The notes under the pieces are model-generated. The model was not told the DNA's origin, did no database searches, and worked only from the letters and a program-made list of their open reading frames with translations. A program made the translations under genes and the position numbers. From Amoebophrya sp. A120 (Eukaryota > Protista > Dinoflagellata), in NCBI GenBank assembly GCA_905178155.1, contig CAJINV010000012.1:553271-617270 (forward strand): a stretch of DNA of 64,000 bases. Reading direction: 5' to 3'. Below, piece after piece: positions 33,124 through 42,848 of this stretch; the stretch's first letter is position 1; every line of letters starts with the position of its first letter.

Positions 33124-35805
33124 CTACTGCTGAGTGCAATCACCCGCCGAAGAATTTTTGCTGGAGGACGCGGCACCTTGGAAAGGCGGAGATAGACGAC
33201 CAACAGCACGCTCCTCTGTTGGGGGTACGGCATATGCAGCTGGTGGCCTCGCAGTAGAACTGCCGCTGTTTTGATGTGGTTTTAAAGTCCTGCTACTTCG
33301 CTTTTTTGGTTGTTCTCCTAGTACTGTGGTCGGTTCGGTCTTCAAGAAAGCCTGCCGCTGCGCTTCCTCCAGACTCAGGATCCCGGTTTTAATCTGCTTT
33401 ATCACTCCGCGCGAAAAGGGCACGCCACCTGGACCGCACATAATTTCGCCTTCTTGTTTACTAGATGAAGTTGGAGGCCTGGCTGCTTCACCGCGTCTCG
33501 TACGTGTACTTGGGGCCCCCGGAGGTGGACCGCGTACGGCGAACGGCCGGTGGTCCTCCGCGCTTCTGCCAGGAGGCCTCGCCGTGGCACTCGATTCTTC
33601 TACGCGCGTTGGTGAAACATGATCTACTCGTACACGACGTGGCTCAACATGAGCTTCTTGCCAGTTTCGTCGGGCAGTGCCGCCGTGAACTGTTGGCATC
33701 GCATCAGATCCTGTTGGTGGGCTCGTCACAGTGGGCGGACTGCACGCGACCTGATGCGCCGGACGAGCAGCAGCACCAACAGCAGAAGATTTCTGCATCT
33801 CTGCAGCAAGAGTTCGAATTTCTGTTTCTCTCTGAGCACAATGAGATTCCGTAGTAGCTCCTGCTCTTCGGGCAAGCTCATCTTGTTCCCCCGCCCGCGC
33901 GTAATTGTTGTACTGCTGGTCGTCGTCCACCGGTCGTACTGGTACTGCTGCTGGGCAGGCAAAATTACTCGCATGATGTTGGCGCAGTGGTGGTGGTGGC
34001 GGTGACAACGCTGGAGGACAAGGAAGATCAAGATTCCACGTTGGCACCTGTGCAAAAGGACAGTCTTGTGAGGATACCCCGGGTGGTGCGGTCTGGCGAT
34101 GCATAGTGACTCCGTCATAATCAGTTCTATCCGGCGTGGCCTCCAGGAGAGGGTTTGTGGGCTGGTACTGGTGTGCTTTCCAATCCTTGTGGATGCCCCA
34201 GCATTGGTCAGGCGTGTTTGGAAAAAATCTCCACGGGCTGCACTCATGTCCACCGGGCGGTCCCGCTCCACCCCGCCTAGGCGTTTCATAGCCAGTTTGG
34301 TCTACTTCTCCCACTTCACGACCTCCCTGAGCCGCGTCGCCCTGAAAATAAAGATCCTCCGCTGCTGCGCCGCCGGACAGAAAACCACGTGCCCCCGCTG
34401 GGGGCAACATGGCAGATCCAGATGCCAGCCCAGAAGCCTGACCACTCTGTTCCCCGTGTTGTTCTCGTTCTTGCCCCGTAGTTGTTCGATCCGACCTGAC
34501 GTCCAGGGGAGGGTTTCTGGCGGGCTGTGCATCCTTATGGATGTTGTTGCCCCAGAAGTCAGGCGTGCTTGGATAAAATCTGATCTCGTCTGGGCTGCGG
34601 TTGCACTCAGCGTCCCGCCTTGGCGTTTCGTAACCAGTGCCCAGACCTCCATTTTGGTCTTCTCCCACTTCGGGAGGGTTTCTGGCGGGCTGTGCATCCT
34701 TATGGATGTTGTTGCCCCAGAAGTCAGGCGTGCTTGGATAAAATCTGATCTCGTCTGGGCTGCGGTTGCACTCAGCGTCCCGCCTTGGCGTTTCGTAACC
34801 AGTGCCCAGACCTCCATTTTGGTCTTCTCCCACTTCACCTATCTGAACGTCGTCCCGGGCCTCCGCTGCGCCGGAGGGAACAAAACCATGCTCTTCCGCT
34901 CGGGGCATGGCAAATCTAGGTGCCGGCTCAGAAGCATCGCTGTGGTGTTGGTCGTGTGCTTCTCGTCCTTGCTCCCTGTGGTTCCTTTCTGGTGGTGCAG
35001 CGGTTGCTCTGGTATTCTTAGGTACCTTCGGCCCATACTTCTCGAGATTTTCTTGTGCCCTGCGCTGAGCATTTCCCAAACTCAAGGTCCCGTTTGCAAT
35101 TGCGTCTCTCACCTTGTTGCGCGGAAGCCGCTTGCCACCCGCGCCACACATTCTGCCTCCTCTTCTTTTCGGCGCGTTCTCGTCGCGGATTCGCGTTGGA
35201 GGGATGGCTGCTTGTTCGCGGGGACTCGAGGATCGACTTGGGGCTGGTGGTTGCCGGTTTGGAGGGCTCTGGGCCGGCACTTCAAGTAGTGAGGCCGCGG
35301 CGGCAGCATCAAGACAAGGCGTTTCTGTTTGACCAAAGGACGTCGAGCTGCCATAGCCACTGCATTGTACCGGAACAAGCCCTTCTCCCGTTGGCGGGCT
35401 CGGCGTGCGAGACCAATAGTACTTCGGAGAGACAGACCGCTTCTCCGGAGAAACCGTGACTTTCCGATTTGGATGCCCACTTTCCGACTTGGATGCCCAA
35501 ACCGCTTGCGGAGTTTGAGTTGCGCCATGAACGAATATCACAGACGAAGATGACAACTCCGGAGACCGTGCATGGAAACCAGGATCAACATGAGCTGCAA
35601 GAAGAGGTAGGACCAAATAACTCAACATCCGCGCAAACAAAAGACCCACGAAAAGCTCCGCAGAATCGATCTTCCGTGCGGAGGGTCTACTACTTCTTCT
35701 CGTTGGGAAATAACTCGCTGATAGGACCATTGTGATCGATATTCGAACGTAAATAAGATAAAGAGAGGACCTTCGTGAATTGATATGAGCCCAAAACGTT
35801 CCCAC
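33124..35805 (-). CDS. Putative secreted low-complexity protein with internal repeats
   Basis: 893-aa ORF, hydrophobic segment LFVGLLFARMLSYLVLPLLAA, exact 55-aa duplication, and a two-copy MCGxGG...GxLSLxxAQRxA module. Confidence 0.85.
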   Translation of the reverse strand: MGTFWAHINSRRSSLYLIYVRISITMVLSASYFPTRRSSRPSARKIDSAELFVGLLFARMLSYLVLPLLAAHVDPGFHARSPELSSSSVIFVHGATQTPQAVWASKSESGHPNRKVTVSPEKRSVSPKYYWSRTPSPPTGEGLVPVQCSGYGSSTSFGQTETPCLDAAAAASLLEVPAQSPPNRQPPAPSRSSSPREQAAIPPTRIRDENAPKRRGGRMCGAGGKRLPRNKVRDAIANGTLSLGNAQRRAQENLEKYGPKVPKNTRATAAPPERNHREQGREAHDQHHSDASEPAPRFAMPRAEEHGFVPSGAAEARDDVQIGEVGEDQNGGLGTGYETPRRDAECNRSPDEIRFYPSTPDFWGNNIHKDAQPARNPPEVGEDQNGGLGTGYETPRRDAECNRSPDEIRFYPSTPDFWGNNIHKDAQPARNPPLDVRSDRTTTGQEREQHGEQSGQASGLASGSAMLPPAGARGFLSGGAAAEDLYFQGDAAQGGREVGEVDQTGYETPRRGGAGPPGGHECSPWRFFPNTPDQCWGIHKDWKAHQYQPTNPLLEATPDRTDYDGVTMHRQTAPPGVSSQDCPFAQVPTWNLDLPCPPALSPPPPPLRQHHASNFACPAAVPVRPVDDDQQYNNYARAGEQDELARRAGATTESHCAQRETEIRTLAAEMQKSSAVGAAARPAHQVACSPPTVTSPPTGSDAMPTVHGGTARRNWQEAHVEPRRVRVDHVSPTRVEESSATARPPGRSAEDHRPFAVRGPPPGAPSTRTRRGEAARPPTSSSKQEGEIMCGPGGVPFSRGVIKQIKTGILSLEEAQRQAFLKTEPTTVLGEQPKKRSSRTLKPHQNSGSSTARPPAAYAVPPTEERAVGRLSPPFQGAASSSKNSSAGDCTQQ
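34507..34836. repeat. Exact 2 x 165-bp coding tandem repeat, with a degenerate third copy at ~34150-34320
   Basis: GGGAGGGTTTCTGGCGGG at 34507 and 34672; peptide EVGEDQNGG...PARNPP occurs twice. Confidence 0.95.
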
Positions 35806-36199
35806 ACGACAGCACGCTTAAAAACAAAAGGGCGAAGAGAATGAATGTTGTACAAGTTTCGGAGAAAAACTGGTATTTCTTTTCCCAATCAAAAAAGTTG
35901 CATGCAGGTTCTTGTAATTCAGGGCACTTGATGTCCCAGTCGCACTCTTGTGTTCGTCTTTGTTGTAAACAAATAGCAGTACGTCGTCGACGAAACGGTC
36001 AGCAAAATATCGTCGACAACTAAAACGGAACTACAACCCACTCAGTACGACTTTTGGGCTGTTCAAAACTGGTGTGCAACAAACTACAACACTAAAATCC
36101 AAATAAAATGAAAATGAGTTGTAGAGCGTTCCTGGTGTTTTTGTGTGCGATTCTTGAGGGTTAGTTTCATGGTAAAGAAACCACAGGCCGCACTCAGCC

Positions 36200-36889
36200 T
36201 TACATTTTTGTATCTTGCTCAAGATCTTCCCATTCTATTTCTTTTTTACACCGACGAGGCGAAATTCCAGCAAGAGCATCCGGCACATTTTTGACCACAT
36301 CTTCTTCGTCGCTCGTCCATCGATTCCGTTCAAGAAATACGGATACAGGTCCTGTTCTTTTTCGATCGCAGGAACCTTCCTGCTCCAGAAGGACTAGAAC
36401 CACACTCATTTCATCTTTCCAGATCCCTTTCTTCGTGAGAGGCAGGGCTAATCTTATGATCATTTTCTTGATCGCCCACATATTTAGGTGCTTCCATAGA
36501 CGACCAGCTGCATGGATTGTCACTACGGGGACAGGCGTCGAGCAAAAATCGCTGCTTCTGACAGACGATATAGGTTGGTACTCGACTGCTGTTATGGTTT
36601 TTTTAGGAAGCAGAAAATCATATACAGCCGCACGCGTAGAAGCATTTGCGCTACTTGCGAAGGTAGAGGGAGCCGAGGCATCATCTTCTAGATTTGAACA
36701 TGGAGATGGAGGGAAGCAACTTCTACATTCATAATTACTCAGAGGTTTGCATATGCATTTGTCTGTACTCCAACAGCTGCAGCTGTCTTTTTTATCATCA
36801 TCGCGATATAATTTCTCGTCGTCGTCGTCCTCAGAGTTGTAGCACTGTGGCAACCTAGGCAATTTTCTAGTACCCCCATCCACAGGCAT
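36200..36889 (-). CDS. Hypothetical protein; intact relative of the partial copies in the 1528-bp repeat
   Basis: 229-aa ORF; LPRLPQC and CSNLEDDASAPS blocks recur in ORFs 38080-38433, 39608-39961 and 41806-42159. Confidence 0.55.
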   Translation of the reverse strand: MPVDGGTRKLPRLPQCYNSEDDDDEKLYRDDDKKDSCSCWSTDKCICKPLSNYECRSCFPPSPCSNLEDDASAPSTFASSANASTRAAVYDFLLPKKTITAVEYQPISSVRSSDFCSTPVPVVTIHAAGRLWKHLNMWAIKKMIIRLALPLTKKGIWKDEMSVVLVLLEQEGSCDRKRTGPVSVFLERNRWTSDEEDVVKNVPDALAGISPRRCKKEIEWEDLEQDTKM

Positions 36890-37685
36890 CCATCTCCAGG
36901 CTGATGATGTTGACGCTGACTACACATGTCACCGCTAATAGCCGACGCAGCCACAAGTACAACATTAACATAGTCCATAGACACAGCTTCCTCATTCCAA
37001 GGTTGTGAATAAGTGTAAAAGATGAGTGCGTCGCTTTCTTCGAATAACTTGCGCCGCTTGGTATTCTAGTACAAATTCCAAGCGTTATAAAAAAAAACAG
37101 ATACTGGTAGCGAGAGGTAGTAGTTCTTGTGCGGGGCGGCCTTTTGTCGCAAGGAATATCGTAGGTTACGTTTTTTACAGGTGTGGGGTCGTAGGAGGTC
37201 GTGAGAAAAATAAACCACTCAAAGCAGGAGCTGCGCTTTATGATGTTGCACCGTTCTTGTGTCGTGCAGGAGAAAAGTTCGAAGCTGATAAAGCCTGTAT
37301 AAGGAAAAATAGGTCAAAATAAACGAATGAGAAGCGAATACATTTTCGTGGTCCTCAGAAGTAGGCTCGTTTCTGCTGGTCGGTGTTTAAAGCTCGGTAA
37401 GGTCATCTTTTGCGTAAAAGGCGTTTTCTTTGGTTCTCTGTAGTATTCAGCTCCATATTTCACTAAGCTTTCAATACGTGGCGATTTTTGTATCTATGTG
37501 TCCGCGGCGTCTATGCTGGTCTTGCTTCGTCGCAACAACGCGTACGCGACGCTGATTTTTGTCCTCTTAATTAAGTACTTAATACCCTTCCTCATCAAAT
37601 CGGTTCCAGTAAAAACAAACCGTTGCTCAGGATGTACACCGGCGCATTCGCACTCCCGGCGGAGATGTAGGGCGCGCGGGCGAAT

Positions 37686-37922
37686 TATGGCGTTCTCAAA
37701 TGTTACATTCTCAACTGTTGCATGGATTTGTAATGCAAGAACAGCAACAGTGAAAGTGGCAACGTTGCAACTTTCGCATCACAGATTTTGCACAGAGTAT
37801 CATGCTGTTTAGCCCTTCGAAAATTTGTCATGCTAAGCACCTTGATCAAGTGGAGGGTAATGGCAATTTTGCATGACAAATTCATGTAACAGTATGAGAA
37901 TGTAACGTTTGAGAACGCCATA
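37686..37922. mobile_element. TIR introner, family F (copy carried by tandem duplication)
   Basis: ~50-bp TIR starting TATGGCGTTCTCAAA(T/C)GTTACATTCTCA; perfect CGAAT duplication. Confidence 0.92.
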
Positions 37923-39213
37923 CGAATTTCAACAGTCGGAACCCACACTGCTTCATCAACAGTCAGACCAAGGCTCTGACTTCTTTTCTTCGAGAGAGGC
38001 ACGGCGAATTTCATGATCATTTCCTTGATCGCGGCCCACTCATTTCGATGCTGTCAACATAGACCAGCTGCATGGATTGTCAGCACGGGGACAGGCGTCG
38101 AACAAAAATCGTTGCTTCTGACAGACGATATAGGCAATCGATTACTTCCGTTGGTTTTTGTTTTGTAGGAAGCAGAAAATCATATACAGCCGCGCGCGTA
38201 GAAGCATTTGCGCTACTTGCGTAGGTACTAGAGGGAGCCGAGGCATCATCTTCTAGATTTGAACATGGAGGGAAAAAACTTCTACATTCATAATTTCTCA
38301 GAGGCTTGCATACGTTTGTCTGTACTGGTGCCGCAGCGGATCTTTTATCATCATCGCGATATAATCTCTCGTCGTCCAACTCAGAGTTGCAGCACTGTGG
38401 CAACCTAGGCAATGGTTTAGTACCTCCACCCACAGGCGTCCTTCTCGAGGTTGATAATGACGCTGACTAATAAAAATGCCACCGCTAAAAACAGGAGGCA
38501 CCGCCACAGCTACTTACAGCTTCCGCTTTCCAAGATTGCATTATCAATATATAGTCCGTCGCTTTCTTCGAATAACTTGCGCCGCTTGGTATTCTAGTAC
38601 AAATTCCAAGCGTTATAAAAAAAAACAGATACTGGTAGCGAGAGGTAGTAGTTCTTGTGCGGGGCGGCCTTTTGTCGCAAGGAATATCGTAGGTTACGTT
38701 TTTTACAGGTGTGGGGTCGTAGGAGGTCGTGAGAAAAATAAACCACTCAAAGCAGGAGCTGCGCTTTATGATGTTGCACCGTTCTTGTGTCGTGCAGGAG
38801 AAAAGTTCGAAGCTGATAAAGCCTGTATAAGGAAAAATAGGTCAAAATAAACGAATGAGAAGCGAATACATTTTCGTGGTCCTCAGAAGTAGGCTCGTTT
38901 CTGCTGGTCGGTGTTTAAAGCTCGGTAAGGTCATCTTTTGCGTAAAAGGCGTTTTCTTTGGTTCTCTGTAGTATTCAGCTCCATATTTCACTAAGCTTTC
39001 AATACGTGGCGATTTTTGTATCTATGTGTCCGCGGCGTCTATGCTGGTCTTGCTTCGTCGCAACAACGCGTACGCGACGCTGATTTTTGTCCTCTTAATT
39101 AAGTACTTAATACCCTTCCTCATCAAATCGGTTCCAGTAAAAACAAACCGTTGCTCAGGATGTACACCGGCGCATTCGCACTCCCGGCGGAGATGTAGGG
39201 CGCGCGGGCGAAT

Positions 39214-39450
39214 TATGGCGTTCTCAAATGTTACATTCTCAACTGTTGCATGGATTTGTAATGCAAGAACAGCAACAGTGAAAGTGGCAACGTTGCAACT
39301 TTCGCATCACAGATTTTGCACAGAGTATCATGCTGTTTAGCCCTTCGAAAATTTGTCATGCTAAGCACCTTGATCAAGTGGAGGGTAATGGCAATTTTGC
39401 ATGACAAATTCATGTAACAGTATGAGAATGTAACGTTTGAGAACGCCATA
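39214..39450. mobile_element. TIR introner, family F (copy carried by tandem duplication)
   Basis: Same sequence and CGAAT flanks as 37686-37922. Confidence 0.92.
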
Positions 39451-40718
39451 CGAATTTCAACAGTCGGAACCCACACTGCTTCATCAACAGTCAGACCAAG
39501 GCTCTGACTTCTTTTCTTCGAGAGAGGCACGGCGAATTTCATGATCATTTCCTTGATCGCGGCCCACTCATTTCGATGCTGTCAACATAGACCAGCTGCA
39601 TGGATTGTCAGCACGGGGACAGGCGTCGAACAAAAATCGTTGCTTCTGACAGACGATATAGGCAATCGATTACTTCCGTTGGTTTTTGTTTTGTAGGAAG
39701 CAGAAAATCATATACAGCCGCGCGCGTAGAAGCATTTGCGCTACTTGCGTAGGTACTAGAGGGAGCCGAGGCATCATCTTCTAGATTTGAACATGGAGGG
39801 AAAAAACTTCTACATTCATAATTTCTCAGAGGCTTGCATACGTTTGTCTGTACTGGTGCCGCAGCGGATCTTTTATCATCATCGCGATATAATCTCTCGT
39901 CGTCCAACTCAGAGTTGCAGCACTGTGGCAACCTAGGCAATGGTTTAGTACCTCCACCCACAGGCGTCCTTCTCGAGGTTGATAATGACGCTGACTAATA
40001 AAAATGCCACCGCTAAAAACAGGAGGCACCGCCACAGCTACTTACAGCTTCCGCTTTCCAAGATTGCATTATCAATATATAGTCCGTCGCTTTCTTCGAA
40101 TAACTTGCGCCGCTTGGTATTCTAGTACAAATTCCAAGCGTTATAAAAAAAAACAGATACTGGTAGCGAGAGGTAGTAGTTCTTGTGCGGGGCGGCCTTT
40201 TGTCGCAAGGAATATCGTAGGTTACGTTTTTTACAGGTGTGGGGTCGTAGGAGGTCGTGAGAAAAATAAACCACTCAAAGCAGGAGCTGCGCTTTATGAT
40301 GTTGCACCGTTCTTGTGTCGTGCAGGAGAAAAGTTCGAAGCTGATAAAGCCTGTATAAGGAAAAATAGGTCAAAATAAACGAATGAGAAGCGAATACATT
40401 TTCGTGGTCCTCAGAAGTAGGCTCGTTTCTGCTGGTCGGTGTTTAAAGCTCGGTAAGGTCATCTTTTGCGTAAAAGGCGTTTTCTTTGGTTCTCTGTAGT
40501 ATTAAGCTCCATATTTCACTAAGCCTTCAAAACGTCAGCACGATTTTGCACTTATTCGCTTCTTCTTGCTGGTCTTCTTTCCTCGCAAGAACGCGACGCT
40601 GATTTTTGCTCTCAAAATTGCATAAAATACCCTTTATTCATCATCCTCAAATTGGTTCCAGTAAAAACAGGCCGTTGCTCAGGATGTACACCGGCGCATT
40701 CGCACTCCCGGCGGAGAT

Positions 40719-41599
40719 CATGGCATGCTAACATTGGAATATGGAGCCCCTTTGGGGGGCCTTCGAGGGGCCTTCGGGGGGCCTCGAAAAACGAAGGGGT
40801 AGCCAAGGGGGGTCAATGAACCCCCTTCGGGGGGTCGAAGACCCCTCAACGACCCCCCAATGACCTTAATCATCATTAATAGTAGTTAATCGGTTCAGGA
40901 GAAACTGGCTCACAGAAAGTATCAAATTTAGGACTGAGGTTTTTTGTGAAAACTTGTAATCGAACATTACCAGGCACAGGTTGTAAACTAATGAGAGATC
41001 GTAAATCTTGTTGAAACGGAGGACGAAAATGAAAACAAAAAGAAGAAAGAATACCGAATTCAAACGAGGTCGGGCACGAAAAACGAAATCGATATCGATA
41101 GACGAAAAAACGATATAGGTCGAGCATAGAGACAAGGAGCGAAATCGAGAACGAAAAAAGAATGCAAAAGTATCCGATGAGCGATATCACGAGAGATAGC
41201 CAAATGACGAAATCCAAACTCATACGAGATACGAATAATCTACTCATTCTACTCGCGAAAAACGAAATCATAAGAACAGCATGAGAAATTGAGATTGGAC
41301 CGATAAGAAAGATAGTCGCATAGGTCAAAAAGGATCTAGGTCATGATCGAGCAATGAGGATCGAGGTACGAGGATCGAGAGATAATTCGCATATAAAAAT
41401 AATACAAAAAGAGATCTACGTAGAGCACCGATATGGGGAAGCAGCAGAGATATCTCATTCTCTTGTCTCTCTGTCTCTCAGGAAAAGGTCACAGGGCACT
41501 CAGGACCGGAAGAACAACACAGAATGAAGGAGCGGATAATATAGCAATGGATTCAAGAAAATTTCAATGGAAAATCAAAAAAAGTCACAGATGATGACA
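40719..41599. other. Foreign ~880-bp insert with G/C hairpin end and A-rich body
   Basis: Interrupts repeat unit 3; host segment 40649-40717 reappears at 41625-41693. Confidence 0.75.
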
Positions 41600-42848
41600 T
41601 AAAAACAAACCGTTGCTCAGGATGAAATTGGTTCCAGTAAAAACAGGCCGTTGCTCAGGATGTACACCGGCGCATTCGCACTCCCGGCGGAGACCAAGGC
41701 TCTGACTTCTTTTCTTCGAGAGAGGCACGGCGAATTTCATGATCATTTCCTTGATCGCGGCCCACTCATTTCGATGCTGTCAACATAGACCAGCTGCATG
41801 GATTGTCAGCACGGGGACAGGCGTCGAACAAAAATCGTTGCTTCTGACAGACGATATAGGCAATCGATTACTTCCGTTGGTTTTTGTTTTGTAGGAAGCA
41901 GAAAATCATATACAGCCGCGCGCGTAGAAGCATTTGCGCTACTTGCGTAGGTACTAGAGGGAGCCGAGGCATCATCTTCTAGATTTGAACATGGAGGGAA
42001 AAAACTTCTACATTCATAATTTCTCAGAGGCTTGCATACGTTTGTCTGTACTGGTGCCGCAGCGGATCTTTTATCATCATCGCGATATAATCTCTCGTCG
42101 TCCAACTCAGAGTTGCAGCACTGTGGCAACCTAGGCAATGGTTTAGTACCTCCACCCACAGGCGTCCTTCTCGAGGTTGATAATGACGCTGACTAATAAA
42201 AATGCCACCGCTAAAAACAGGAGGCACCGCCACAGCTACTTACAGCTTCCGCTTTCCAAGATTGCATTATCAATATATAGTCCGTCGCTTTCTTCGAATA
42301 ACTTGCGCCGCTTGGTATTCTAGTACAAATTCCAAGCGTTATAAAAAAAAACAGATACTGGTAGCGAGAGGTAGTAGTTCTTGTGCGGGGCGGCCTTTTG
42401 TCGCAAGGAATATCGTAGGTTACGTTTTTTACAGGTGTGGGGTCGTAGGAGGTCGTGAGAAAAATAAACCACTCAAAGCAGGAGCTGCGCTTTATGATGT
42501 TGCACCGTTCTTGTGTCGTGCAGGAGAAAAGTTCGAAGCTGATAAAGCCTGTATAAGGAAAAATAGGTCAAAATAAACGAATGAGAAGCGAATACATTTT
42601 CGTGGTCCTCAGAAGTAGGCTCGTTTCTGCTGGTCGGTGTTTAAAGCTCGGTAAGGTCATCTTTTGCGTAAAAGGCGTTTTCTTTGGTTCTCTGTAGTAT
42701 TAAGCTCCATATTTCACTAAGCTTTCAATACGTGGCGATTTTTGTATCTATGTGTCCGCGGCGTCTATGCTGGTCTTGCTTCGTCGCAACAACGCGTACG
42801 CGACGCTGATTTTTGTCCTCTTAATTAAGTACTTAATACCCTTCCTCA

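Noticed and set aside
34099-35289. 396-aa plus-strand ORF
   Set aside because: Antisense to the 893-aa minus ORF, with no independent motif.
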